Assembly (NCBI GenBank): GCA_963719505.1
Contig: CAVRCF010000001.1
Span: forward strand, 1,184,001 to 1,248,000
Reading direction: 5' to 3'
Length of the DNA stretch: 64,000 nucleotides
Origin: Halobacteriovoraceae bacterium
GTDB lineage: Bacteria; Bdellovibrionota; Bacteriovoracia; Bacteriovoracales; Bacteriovoracaceae
Shown in pieces: positions 27,112 to 36,472 of the stretch; within the stretch, counting starts at the first letter, position 1, and each line of letters begins with the position of its first letter. The position numbers and the translations under genes were made by a program. The notes under the pieces were generated by a model, which had not been told where the DNA came from, made no database searches, and saw only the letters and a list, made by a program, of their open reading frames with translations.

Positions 27112-28091
27112 AAAAGCATTCCTTCGTGAACTTTATTTTTTAAATTAAGTTGAGAGTAATCATCTATAAATTTATCAAACCTTTTCGATGCAAAAGCTTT
27201 TAAAGCTTCACTCACAAGATGGTATTCGTATTGGATGATATCATCGCCAAGCTTATTTGAGACTCCAGCGATATGTGATGTTTTATTTATATTTGAGACG
27301 CTATTGAGATCACTTGGAAGAAAAGGTTCTTTTTCAAAAACATCCAAATAAGCAAAAGCTTCATTATTATTGAGCAGAAATTCCTCTAAATCTTTTTGAA
27401 CGATAAGACCGCCTCGAGCAGCATTAATAATGAGGACTTTTTGGGAAAGACTATCTAGGAATTCCTTATCAATCATTCCAGCACTTTTTGGATTAAGGCT
27501 GCTGGCCAAGATAACGACATCAAACCTTGTCGATTCAATCTTTTTTATTTGCCTTTTGATTTTAATAAACTCTTCTTCATTATAAGGGTCGTAAAACTTA
27601 ATATTAGGGCAAAGAGCACAAAGGGTATTCATGAGAATTTTGCCGATCATTCCGGCGCCAATAATTAAAACTTTTTGATCTCTTAAGAGAGGCCTATTCC
27701 ACGAGCGATCTTCCTGCCAATGTCTCTGGTTTGGAACCTGACACAGATGACCAAGAAGACAGGAGAGTATATACTCAGCGACAGCGTGGGCGCGAATTGG
27801 ATTCCCTACTAAGATCGGAAATTTTGAATTTTCACAAAAATCGACTCCAAAGTTATCATAACCAGAGTTTGGGTGAATCATGAGAATGGTTTTATCTATA
27901 ATTTCTTGGGGAATCTCTTCGGGAATAGTGTGAGTGTTTGAAATAAGGATAAAGGGAGAGTCCCTATCAATCTCAGAGACCGAGGTTAAGTAGACAACAT
28001 CAGGAATTCTCTCGAGCGCCTCTTTCTCCTTGGCAAAGAAGTTTGATTGCTGATAAGATGATGCGTTGAGTCTGTATATTTGCACGGTCAT
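27108..28091 (-). CDS. D-isomer-specific 2-hydroxyacid dehydrogenase family protein
   Basis: SGYDN, AVAEY, GAGMIG, INAARG, LDVFEKEP, TSHIAG. Confidence 0.88.
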   Translation of the reverse strand: MTVQIYRLNASSYQQSNFFAKEKEALERIPDVVYLTSVSEIDRDSPFILISNTHTIPEEIPQEIIDKTILMIHPNSGYDNFGVDFCENSKFPILVGNPIRAHAVAEYILSCLLGHLCQVPNQRHWQEDRSWNRPLLRDQKVLIIGAGMIGKILMNTLCALCPNIKFYDPYNEEEFIKIKRQIKKIESTRFDVVILASSLNPKSAGMIDKEFLDSLSQKVLIINAARGGLIVQKDLEEFLLNNNEAFAYLDVFEKEPFLPSDLNSVSNINKTSHIAGVSNKLGDDIIQYEYHLVSEALKAFASKRFDKFIDDYSQLNLKNKVHEGMLL

Positions 28092-28185
28092 GACTCATTT
28101 TAGTTGATTTGACCTAGTCAGACTAGGGAAAATCTGACTGGCGAAAAAGGGATTTCCCGTGTACTATGCGTGCAAAAGAGGTCAT

Positions 28186-28962
28186 ATGATATCAATAAAG
28201 TCGAACAGAGAAATAGAAATTATGAAAGAGTCTTGCCAGCTAGCCGCAAAAACTCTGAATTATATTGAAGATAAGTTAGAAATTGGGATGACAACAGAAG
28301 AAGTTAACGAGCTTTGTCATAATTTTATTATCGAACACGGTGCTTATCCATCACCTCTAAATTATAATGGTTTTCCAAAGTCAGTTTGTACCTCACTCAA
28401 CGAAGTAATTTGTCACGGAATTCCAAGCAAAAAAGACAAGCTAAAAGATGGAGATATTCTTAATATTGATGTCACAACATATTTTAAAAATTTTCATGGA
28501 GACACCAATAGAACGTATTATATTGGTAACGTTAAACCTGAAATCAAAGAACTCGTAAGAACAACTTATGAGTGTATGATGGAGGGAATAAAAATTTGTC
28601 GTCCAGGTGCACATCTTGGTGATGTTGGAGCGGTTATTCAACAGATCGCTGAGTCTAGAGGCTATAGCGTTGTGAGAGAGTATTGCGGTCACGGTATTGG
28701 AAGAGAGTTTCATGAAGAACCTCAGGTTCTTCATTATGGAAAGAAAGGGACAGGAGTTGAGCTTAAAGCTGGAATGACCTTTACCATCGAACCAATGATT
28801 AATCTTGGTTCTAGACATTGCAAACTTTTGAAAGATGACTGGACTGTTATTACTAAAGATAAAAAAGTGTCTGCTCAATTTGAGCATACTATATTGATAA
28901 CCGAATCTGGTTATGAAATTTTAACTCTGGATCCTGATGGAAAAACTGAACCTTCAATCTAG
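28186..28962 (+). CDS. map: Methionine aminopeptidase type I
   Basis: FPKSVCTS.NEVICHGIP, DVT, HGDT, GHGIG..FHEEP, EPMIN, SAQFEHT; start at ATG 28186 with GAGG RBS. Confidence 0.97.
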   Translation: MISIKSNREIEIMKESCQLAAKTLNYIEDKLEIGMTTEEVNELCHNFIIEHGAYPSPLNYNGFPKSVCTSLNEVICHGIPSKKDKLKDGDILNIDVTTYFKNFHGDTNRTYYIGNVKPEIKELVRTTYECMMEGIKICRPGAHLGDVGAVIQQIAESRGYSVVREYCGHGIGREFHEEPQVLHYGKKGTGVELKAGMTFTIEPMINLGSRHCKLLKDDWTVITKDKKVSAQFEHTILITESGYEILTLDPDGKTEPSI

Positions 28963-29632
28963 TGTTTCTCTAGATATAGATAATAAAGAAAATATTGTAA
29001 AAATTGGTTCCAACAATTTAGCGGAGCCTCTAAAAAGTCGAGTCCAAAATCTATTCGAAAAACACGGCTCTGATACAATTGAGAAATGGCTAAGTATAGA
29101 GTCCGATGGGCAGCTTTTAACTGATTTGGCGTTGTTAAAAATTAGATCGGCTATCTATGACTTTAGATCAAACTACTTCCACTTAAAGCTCTTAAATAAA
29201 GACGTTGTCGATCCTCTTTTATGTCGTTGTTTAGAAATTCGTGTCTCAAAAGTGAAAGAGCTTTATCATGAGCACAAAGGCGACCGTAAAAAGATTTTAG
29301 TCAACTCCCAAGTCAGCGGTATTTGCGGTGAATGTCAGATCGACTTCAATAATCTTTTTAGTTCATTTGAAATTGAAAAAGGTTATATTAACGGAATTGA
29401 TTCAAAGGTTTGGGTTAAAAAAGTTGATCGTCTCATTGGTGAATTTTATTATGTTTGCCCACCAGAGTACTCACAAATGAAATTTACCGTCATTAGTATG
29501 GACGCATTTAATTTAAAAATAAGGTGTGACAAAGGGGAGAGTTCTCTCAACCGAAAAGAGATTACAAGCACTCTCGCAAACTTTTTTAAAAGTGAAATGA
29601 AACTTGAAGTTAAACTAAGCGTCGTTCTTTAA
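28937..29632 (+). CDS. Protein with BFD-like [2Fe-2S] motif (degenerate NifU-like layout)
   Basis: LCRC...GICGEC central motif. Confidence 0.6.
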   Translation: MEKLNLQSSVSLDIDNKENIVKIGSNNLAEPLKSRVQNLFEKHGSDTIEKWLSIESDGQLLTDLALLKIRSAIYDFRSNYFHLKLLNKDVVDPLLCRCLEIRVSKVKELYHEHKGDRKKILVNSQVSGICGECQIDFNNLFSSFEIEKGYINGIDSKVWVKKVDRLIGEFYYVCPPEYSQMKFTVISMDAFNLKIRCDKGESSLNRKEITSTLANFFKSEMKLEVKLSVVL

Positions 29633-29640
29633 ATCTCTAT

Positions 29641-30210
29641 CTAAAAACAATCTGGGCCAGCAGGAAGATTTTTTAATTTCTTGAAAAAATTCTTTGAGTT
29701 TCTAATCGTGTCGAGCGTCCCTTCAATACCAACTTCAATGAGAAGATGTTGAGCGTTTTCATAAAAAGAAAGTATCTCTGGGACTCTTTTCTTTAAACAA
29801 TTAGGATCTTTGTAATTGCTTTGAAGGCGAGTGAGATAATTAATAAAAACCTTAAAGCTTCTGGCTTTTAATTCTTCTATCGATAGCTTATCCATACTTC
29901 TCAATTGGACATTACTTTTTGCAGCACTCGATACAAAAAGTAATCCGCTTTTTGCTAATATCGTTTCTAAAATCGCTAATGAAGTCATTTTTTCTGCACA
30001 AACTCTTTTCAAAATTTCAGGCTTCATATCGATCGATTCGTTTAACTGTAAAAGGTTGGAGATCATCTCTTGGTTGAGTTTATAGTATGCACCTGTTACT
30101 TTTTCTTTGTGAATCCTTGCCTCTTCTTGGCCTAGACATATCAGGTATGGTCTTGACGCAGCAAGCAGGTTTAGACTTATAAGAAAAAAAATATATGTAA
30201 AATGTCTCAT
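29641..30210 (-). CDS. Secreted hypothetical protein
   Basis: Signal peptide, 189 aa. Confidence 0.7.
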   Translation of the reverse strand: MRHFTYIFFLISLNLLAASRPYLICLGQEEARIHKEKVTGAYYKLNQEMISNLLQLNESIDMKPEILKRVCAEKMTSLAILETILAKSGLLFVSSAAKSNVQLRSMDKLSIEELKARSFKVFINYLTRLQSNYKDPNCLKKRVPEILSFYENAQHLLIEVGIEGTLDTIRNSKNFFKKLKNLPAGPDCF

Positions 30211-30258
30211 TCTTTTATTATAGTCTAAAGATCAAGAAAATAAAATACGGAGTCTTTT

Positions 30259-31041
30259 TTGAAAGATATGAGCTTAACCGACCATTTAGAAGAATTGAGA
30301 ACAAGAGTCATTCGCGTGGCTATTATTTTAATCGTCTCATTTATGGCCTGTTATGGATTTGGTGAGCAACTCCAAGAAATTTTATTATCACCTTTAAGGT
30401 CAGCACTTGGTGTAGAGGGAAAAGTTGTTTTCTTGGGACTGCTTGATAAAGTTTTAACCCAGTTTCAACTCGCTTTTTGGAGCTCCGTCATTGTGTCTTC
30501 TCCCCTTTGGTTTAGAGAGGCATGGTTATTTATTAGGCCTGGACTCTATGATAAAGAGGCAAAGCTTATCAGACCCTTCGTCTTTGTAGGCTTTATACTC
30601 TTCTGCTCTGGTATTGCTTTTGGATACTTTGTTGTTTTTCCAAATACTTTTGGCATCATTATGCAGTTTGGGGTGGGAAATGTAGAGGCAACGATTAGTC
30701 TTAGGGAATATATTGTTCTAGCGCTTAAAGTCCTCGTCTTTTTAGGTGTTCTTTTTCAACTTCCAAATCTCATGCTTATTTTAGGTTTTATGGGACTAGT
30801 CGATAAAAAGTCTCTTTCAGAATACAGAAGATATGTGATCGCGGTGTTTGCTGTTTTGTCAGCAATCCTAACACCTCCAGATGTTATTACTCAATTGGCC
30901 CTTTTGATTCCTTTAACTTTGCTCTACGAGATTGGCCTTTGGTCAGTGGCCCTTATTGTCGAGCCTTTTAAAAAGAAAAGGGACGAGGATTTTGAGGAAG
31001 AATTTGATCATGATGATAAAAATGACCAGCTAAACCCTTAG
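30259..31041 (+). CDS. tatC: Twin-arginine translocase subunit TatC
   Basis: MSL.DHLEELR.R, FIRPGLY..E, FQLP, LTPPD, LYE. Confidence 0.96.
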   Translation: MKDMSLTDHLEELRTRVIRVAIILIVSFMACYGFGEQLQEILLSPLRSALGVEGKVVFLGLLDKVLTQFQLAFWSSVIVSSPLWFREAWLFIRPGLYDKEAKLIRPFVFVGFILFCSGIAFGYFVVFPNTFGIIMQFGVGNVEATISLREYIVLALKVLVFLGVLFQLPNLMLILGFMGLVDKKSLSEYRRYVIAVFAVLSAILTPPDVITQLALLIPLTLLYEIGLWSVALIVEPFKKKRDEDFEEEFDHDDKNDQLNP

Positions 31042-31073
31042 AATTTAAGGCAAACTCTCTTAAAATGTTCATT

Positions 31074-31100
31074 TCAGTTTTCTTTTCATCTCACCGATAA
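31074..31100 (+). promoter_or_regulatory. Sigma28 (FliA)-like promoter
   Basis: TCAG-N15-ACCGATAA, 16 nt before the ATG at 31117. Confidence 0.6.
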
Positions 31101-31116
31101 GGAGTTGAGGTGAATT

Positions 31117-31800
31117 ATGATTATTGAACTCATTGATGTCGACTACAAAATACCAAACGGTGATACAGTTTATGAAGGGTTAAACTTCAAGCTAGAGCTG
31201 GGTGAATTTTATGGTGTTCTAGGAAAAAACGGAGCTGGTAAGACAACTCTAATAGATCTTCTTATGGGGTATCGACCTATAACGAGTGGTTCAATAAAAG
31301 TTTTAGGCGAAGACCCTATGGGACTTACGCGAAGAAAAAAGAAAAATATCTTTGTTTTATCACACGATATTCAAATCCAAAGCTCTCACAGTATTGATAA
31401 CTACCTCGAGTTTACTCGATTTTTTTATGAGAACTACGATCGGGTGAAAGAGAAAGAGCTTCTTAAGTACTTTGGCCTGGATCCAAATTCAAAGATGGGA
31501 TCACTATCAACGGGACAAAAAGTAAAAGCTCAAATCGTTGCCGCTATTTCAGCAAGACCAAAACTTTTTCTTATGGATGAAGTCACTGCGGTTTTAGATC
31601 CGGAATCAAGAAAACAGTTTTTTAGTCTCTTGAAAGAGCTTCACGCAGAAAAAAGCTGCAGCCTTATCATGGCAACAAATATTGCAGAAGACTTAAACGG
31701 CGTAGTTAATAAGGTGCTATTCATCGATCATAAGCATGCAGATGTTCATGATGTTAGTGAGATAGAGCATCTCTTTAATCTCGATAGGGAGGCTGCTTAA
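31117..31800 (+). CDS. ABC transporter ATP-binding protein
   Basis: GKNGAGKT, LSTGQ, FLMDE. Confidence 0.92.
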   Translation: MIIELIDVDYKIPNGDTVYEGLNFKLELGEFYGVLGKNGAGKTTLIDLLMGYRPITSGSIKVLGEDPMGLTRRKKKNIFVLSHDIQIQSSHSIDNYLEFTRFFYENYDRVKEKELLKYFGLDPNSKMGSLSTGQKVKAQIVAAISARPKLFLMDEVTAVLDPESRKQFFSLLKELHAEKSCSLIMATNIAEDLNGVVNKVLFIDHKHADVHDVSEIEHLFNLDREAA

Positions 31801-33174
31801 ATGAAAGTCTTTCTTCATTTATTCCTTTCAAACTTAAAATATAACAAACTCGAGTTGGGAATCTCATACTTTATTACTGCGGTTGTTATTGTTTTTGTTC
31901 ATATTTTTAGAGATACAAAAAGCACTGATGCAGACTTCCTTTTTTCAATTGCATTCTATGCGATGCTCTACGCCTTTTATACAAATAGAAGAAAATTCAA
32001 TCTAAAATATCTTTTGAGCCTTCCACTTTCAAAATCACAACTCATTATGGCCAAGACAAGTTCAGATTTCGTCTATTTTGTTCCTGCTGTTATTTGTGCA
32101 TTTACAGGTGTTATGTATTCTCCGATTGAGTTTTCTGCATTTCCTTTGTTGATAATACTTTTTCAAGTCGTTATGTTCGTGGCTTTTATCATTTTTGATA
32201 GTGATATCGAACAACCAAGGCTAGAGAACGCAAAGTCTAGCTTTCTCAATCGCTTAATTTATATGAGAAAGGGAATGGACTTCATTTTCTTTGGTGTTTT
32301 CGTCATCTATCTAGCTCTTGCTATCCATGTGACGCCACTTGAGATGTTTGTAAAACAATACCTCATTATTATTGTTTTAAGTCTCTCGCTTGGGTACAAA
32401 TTTCAAAGGACTTTAAATTTATTAAAAGATGAATCTTACTCTTATTTTATGCCAAGAAGAGATCTCTTCTCGATAGGAAAGAAGATATCACTTTTTGGAA
32501 TCATCGGTGTGCTTTTTATGATCTCGGGTTTGAGTATGCCGTCGAAGTATGGAGAGGAGAAGTTTTATTCTGCGATTCAAAGTAAAGACAAAAAAAATCT
32601 TGAAAAAAAGTTATCTCATATTAAAAAGATAAAGGTATCTAAGTCTGGCTACACTCCAATTACTGCCGCGATAAGTGAAGGAAATGTAGAAGCTCTGCGT
32701 ATCCTAGATAGTTTAGGATTTCCTGTTCATTTAGATGATAAACTAAAGACTGAGGAAGAAACATATCTCCCAATTCACTTAGCCATTAACTCTGGAAATG
32801 TTGAGATGATTGATTATATTGTAAGAAAATTACCTGAATCAATGGAGGCGAAAACGGAGAAAAACCAATTCTCAGGACTTCATTTGGCTTCGATTAATTG
32901 TAAGCCAGAGGCGATAGACTATTTGACATCAAAGAAAATAAATCTCAATGCAAAAGATCCTAAAGGGAATACAGCACTCATCTACTCAGCGAAAGCCAAT
33001 TGCATACCGGCGATGGCCATTCTCTTAGAGGCAGGTGCAAACCCTCTTTTCAAAAATCTGCAAGAAAAAACGGCTTCGAATTATCTCAGAAACAAAAAAG
33101 ATAAGTATCTTTTAAAGCGCAAAGAGCTGCAAATTGAATCGAGATTAAATCGCGAATTGGCTTCTGAAAAATAA
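31801..33174 (+). CDS. ABC-2-type membrane protein fused to C-terminal ankyrin repeats
   Basis: Several TM helices with LLSLPLSK; GYTPITAA, PIHLA, GLHLA, GNTALIY..LLEAGAN. Confidence 0.8.
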   Translation: MKVFLHLFLSNLKYNKLELGISYFITAVVIVFVHIFRDTKSTDADFLFSIAFYAMLYAFYTNRRKFNLKYLLSLPLSKSQLIMAKTSSDFVYFVPAVICAFTGVMYSPIEFSAFPLLIILFQVVMFVAFIIFDSDIEQPRLENAKSSFLNRLIYMRKGMDFIFFGVFVIYLALAIHVTPLEMFVKQYLIIIVLSLSLGYKFQRTLNLLKDESYSYFMPRRDLFSIGKKISLFGIIGVLFMISGLSMPSKYGEEKFYSAIQSKDKKNLEKKLSHIKKIKVSKSGYTPITAAISEGNVEALRILDSLGFPVHLDDKLKTEEETYLPIHLAINSGNVEMIDYIVRKLPESMEAKTEKNQFSGLHLASINCKPEAIDYLTSKKINLNAKDPKGNTALIYSAKANCIPAMAILLEAGANPLFKNLQEKTASNYLRNKKDKYLLKRKELQIESRLNRELASEK

Positions 33175-33176
33175 AT

Positions 33177-34064
33177 CTATTTTTGAAGACCGAGTAAAAC
33201 TTCTCTTACAACTTTTGAAGCGAATGCACTTGAGTTTCCTGTTGAGTCAATCAACGGTGCTAGCTCAACGACGTCCGCTCCAACTAAATTTTTCTCTTTG
33301 AGAACTTTCATTATCTTTATAAAACTATGGAAGGATTCTCCGCCAGCTTCAGGTGTTCCGGTTCCAGGAAGAAAAGCTGGATCAAAATAATCGAGATCAA
33401 GTGTTAGATAGACAGGTCTGTCACTTGGGATCTCTTCAATTCTTTGAACGCACTCCTCAAGGCTTTTGGCTTGAGTATTATGTTTTTTCATAAACTCAAA
33501 TTCGTCTTTTGGACCAGATCTAATGCCGTATTGAATGAGAGTGTTTTTCTCAGTGAAGTGATCGTAAACTCGCCTTATAATCGCAGCGTGAGAGAACTTC
33601 TCTTCTAGGTAGCCATCTCTTAGATCAGTATGGGCATCTAAGTGAATGAGGCAGAGGTCCTCATAGTTATCAAGGGCCAAACGAATAGGACCGTAAGAAA
33701 TAGAGTGTTCACCACCTAAAACTAAAAATTTTATCCTGTCTTTTTTAAGATCTAGATCTTTAGTGATTCCATGAAAGTAGTCGTTGGTCATTTTCCATTT
33801 ACTAGGATAAATAGGAAGGTTGCCACAATCATTAATAGAGTAGTTTTCAATATCGTCATCAAGGTATGGTGAGTAGGTCTCTAAACCAAAAGAGGCATCT
33901 CTTATAGCATCTGGGCCAAAGCGAGCTCCTGGTCTAAATGAAGTCGTACCATCAAAACAAAACCCCATAATATGAGTGGCATTTTTGTAAATGGCTTCTG
34001 AGTAGTTGGTTCCAATAAAGGCTTTACTCATCTCCATTTGATCAAGGTCTTTTATTTTTTTCAT
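33177..34064 (-). CDS. speB: Agmatinase
   Basis: FDGTTSFRPGARFGP, GGEHS, LDAHTDLR, LDLDYFDP, PGTGTPE; directly downstream of speE. Confidence 0.9.
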   Translation of the reverse strand: MKKIKDLDQMEMSKAFIGTNYSEAIYKNATHIMGFCFDGTTSFRPGARFGPDAIRDASFGLETYSPYLDDDIENYSINDCGNLPIYPSKWKMTNDYFHGITKDLDLKKDRIKFLVLGGEHSISYGPIRLALDNYEDLCLIHLDAHTDLRDGYLEEKFSHAAIIRRVYDHFTEKNTLIQYGIRSGPKDEFEFMKKHNTQAKSLEECVQRIEEIPSDRPVYLTLDLDYFDPAFLPGTGTPEAGGESFHSFIKIMKVLKEKNLVGADVVELAPLIDSTGNSSAFASKVVREVLLGLQK

Positions 34065-34065
34065 C

Positions 34066-34938
34066 TTATAAGCCTATTTTTTTCTTATGAAAGTTGCTAA
34101 GTGCAAACGCACCTCTGTGCCAGTCCATATTATACCATTTAAGAGATCTCTCTAGTCCTTGCATCTTCTGAACTTTTTCTGGATTTATATTTGTGCCGTT
34201 ATGTTTCTTTGAGGAAAAACCAAAAGTCCAAAAGACTCCAGGGTAGATACTCATAGGAGCTGTAAATGACTGAACGAAAGGAAATGACTTTCTCATATTT
34301 TGATAGATTTTTTTGACATCCTATTGATCGAGAAAAGGATTCTCGGTTTGATTCATCATGATGCCTTCATCTGTTAAGGCTTCGTATACGTCTGTATAAA
34401 ACTCATCCGTAAAGAGTCCTGATGCAAAATCTTCAGGATCGGTGGAGTCAATAATAATAACATCGTATTCATTCTTCTTTTGTTTGATAAAAGCAAAGCC
34501 ATCTCGTGGAAGGATATTCACTCTTTTATCATCTAAAGCACTTGTGCATTCTGGGAAAAACTCACGTCTTACTTCTATTACTCTTTCATCAATTTCAACG
34601 AGATCAATCTGTTCTATACTTTCATGTTTCGCAAACTCTCTAACAACTCCACCGTCACCACCACCGATGATGAGAACCTTTTTACAATTTCTTGAAACCA
34701 TAAAAGGAATATGGGCCATAACTTCATGATAAACAAATTCGTCAAGATTACTAACCATCGTTTTTCCATCGAGAAGGAGTAATTTTCCTACTGCATGTGT
34801 ATCTACGACATCAATCTTTTGAAACTCAGACTGCTCAGAGTGGAGAACCTTTTTAACTTTCCATCCCATCGAAAAAGTATTGTGAAATGACCTCTCGTAA
34901 AACCAACCATCTTTAAGCATTTGTGCGCCCTTTGTCAT
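34066..34938 (-). pseudogene. speE: Polyamine aminopropyltransferase (spermidine synthase) interrupted by one in-frame TAG at 34321-34323
   Basis: SEFQKI, LLLDG, DEFVYHE, IGGGDGG, VEID, IIDSTDP; the same frame continues past the TAG (DVKKIYQNMRKSFP...YPG..W.F) to TAA at 34066. Confidence 0.85.
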
Positions 34939-35039
34939 AAGTTTAATAATTGAGCCAATATTACAGACAAATAGGGTGTTTTTAAAGCCTTAATTCCATG
35001 ATAAATTACTGAAAACGTTTAAAAACAAGAGGAAAAGAT

Positions 35040-36038
35040 ATGATAATTGTCACAGGTGCCGCAGGTTTTATTGGAAGTTGTATCGTCAAGCATCTCAATG
35101 ATCAGGGAATTACAGATATTCTTTGTGTCGACAGATTTGAAGATGACGATAAATGGTTAAATTTGAGAGGCCTCTATTATAGTGAATATATTCACGCCGA
35201 TGAGTTTATTCAAAGTGATGTTCTCTATTCAGTTTTTGACGAGACAGAGATAAAAGCAGTCTATCATATGGGGGCATGCTCATCGACGACGGAAAGAGAT
35301 GTTGATTATCTAATGTATAATAATGTGGATTACTCCAAAATTCTTTTCTCTGTTTGCACGGAGTTTAATGTGCCTTTGGTTTACGCTTCAAGTGCCGCGA
35401 CTTATGGAGCTGGTGAGAATGGTTACAGCGATACTCACGATACTGTTGAGAAGCTTATGCCATTAAACGCTTATGGCTATTCTAAGCAGCTTGTGGATGA
35501 ATGGGCGCTCCGTCAGTCTGATACGCCACCAAAATGGTTTGGTGTGAAGTTCTTTAATGTTTATGGACCTAATGAGTATCATAAGGGAAATATGAAATCT
35601 GTTGTCGCTCAAGCTTACAAGCAAATAGGGGATACTGGTTCAATGAAGCTCTTTAAGTCTTACGATGATAAGTACGAGGACGGCGGGCAGTTAAGAGACT
35701 TCGTTTATGTTAAGGATTGTGTCAATGCTATGGTGAGGCTCATGAGCGAGGATCATGGTGGTAAAAATGGTATTCTGAATCTTGGAACTGGAAAAGCGAG
35801 AAGCTTTAAAGATCTTGTTTCCGCGACATTTAAGGCCATGAATAAGGAAGAGATTATCGAGTACATAGATATGCCTGATTCTCTAAAAGACCAATACCAA
35901 TATTTCACAGAAGCAAAAATGGATAAAATTAACGCTATCTTCTCTGACTTTAAGTTTCACTCTCTGGAAGAGGGAATTGAAGATTACGTAAAAAATCATT
36001 TGAGCCAAAAAGATCAACGATTAAACTCTAGGAGATAG
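35040..36038 (+). CDS. hldD: ADP-L-glycero-D-manno-heptose 6-epimerase
   Basis: IIVTGAAGFIGS, GACSSTT, YASSAATYG, PLNAYGYSK, FNVYGP.E.HKG.M, RDFVYV. Confidence 0.96.
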   Translation: MIIVTGAAGFIGSCIVKHLNDQGITDILCVDRFEDDDKWLNLRGLYYSEYIHADEFIQSDVLYSVFDETEIKAVYHMGACSSTTERDVDYLMYNNVDYSKILFSVCTEFNVPLVYASSAATYGAGENGYSDTHDTVEKLMPLNAYGYSKQLVDEWALRQSDTPPKWFGVKFFNVYGPNEYHKGNMKSVVAQAYKQIGDTGSMKLFKSYDDKYEDGGQLRDFVYVKDCVNAMVRLMSEDHGGKNGILNLGTGKARSFKDLVSATFKAMNKEEIIEYIDMPDSLKDQYQYFTEAKMDKINAIFSDFKFHSLEEGIEDYVKNHLSQKDQRLNSRR

Positions 36039-36039
36039 T

Positions 36040-36462
36040 ATGTTTAAAGGTGGAATGGACGAGGCGATTGCCATGCTTAAAATATTGAGCGCATCTGAGT
36101 CTAAAAAACTTCTTGAAACTATCCGTCAAAAAGATCCCTTTATGGCTTCAGAGCTTGAAAAGGGAATGGTCAAAATTGAAGATCTGAAATATTGTTCAGC
36201 CGCTCAAATGGTCGGACTCCTCAGAGATATTGACTTAGAAGTCTTTGGTCTTGCCTTAAGAAGCGTGGATGCTGAGATTGTTGATCATATTATGGGGATC
36301 GTCTCAACAGGTATAAAGCTTGATATTGAAGATGGACTCAAAGGTCCTCCTACGGCCATCTCTAAAGTAGAAGAAGCCCAGGACAAGGTTCTCAAGATTA
36401 TGCAAAAGAAAATTGATTCCGGAGAACTTGTTCTAGATTCAGATAAAGATATTTTGGTTTAA
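36040..36462 (+). CDS. FliG C-terminal domain-containing protein
   Basis: GG..A..ML, EDL, LLR.ID....LAL, GP.....VEEAQ..V. Confidence 0.8.
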   Translation: MFKGGMDEAIAMLKILSASESKKLLETIRQKDPFMASELEKGMVKIEDLKYCSAAQMVGLLRDIDLEVFGLALRSVDAEIVDHIMGIVSTGIKLDIEDGLKGPPTAISKVEEAQDKVLKIMQKKIDSGELVLDSDKDILV

Positions 36463-36472
36463 AGTAAACCGC

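Noticed and set aside
34321-34323. Pyrrolysine or genome-wide TAG reassignment
   Set aside because: TAG ends several conserved genes at the expected length; no pyl genes are visible
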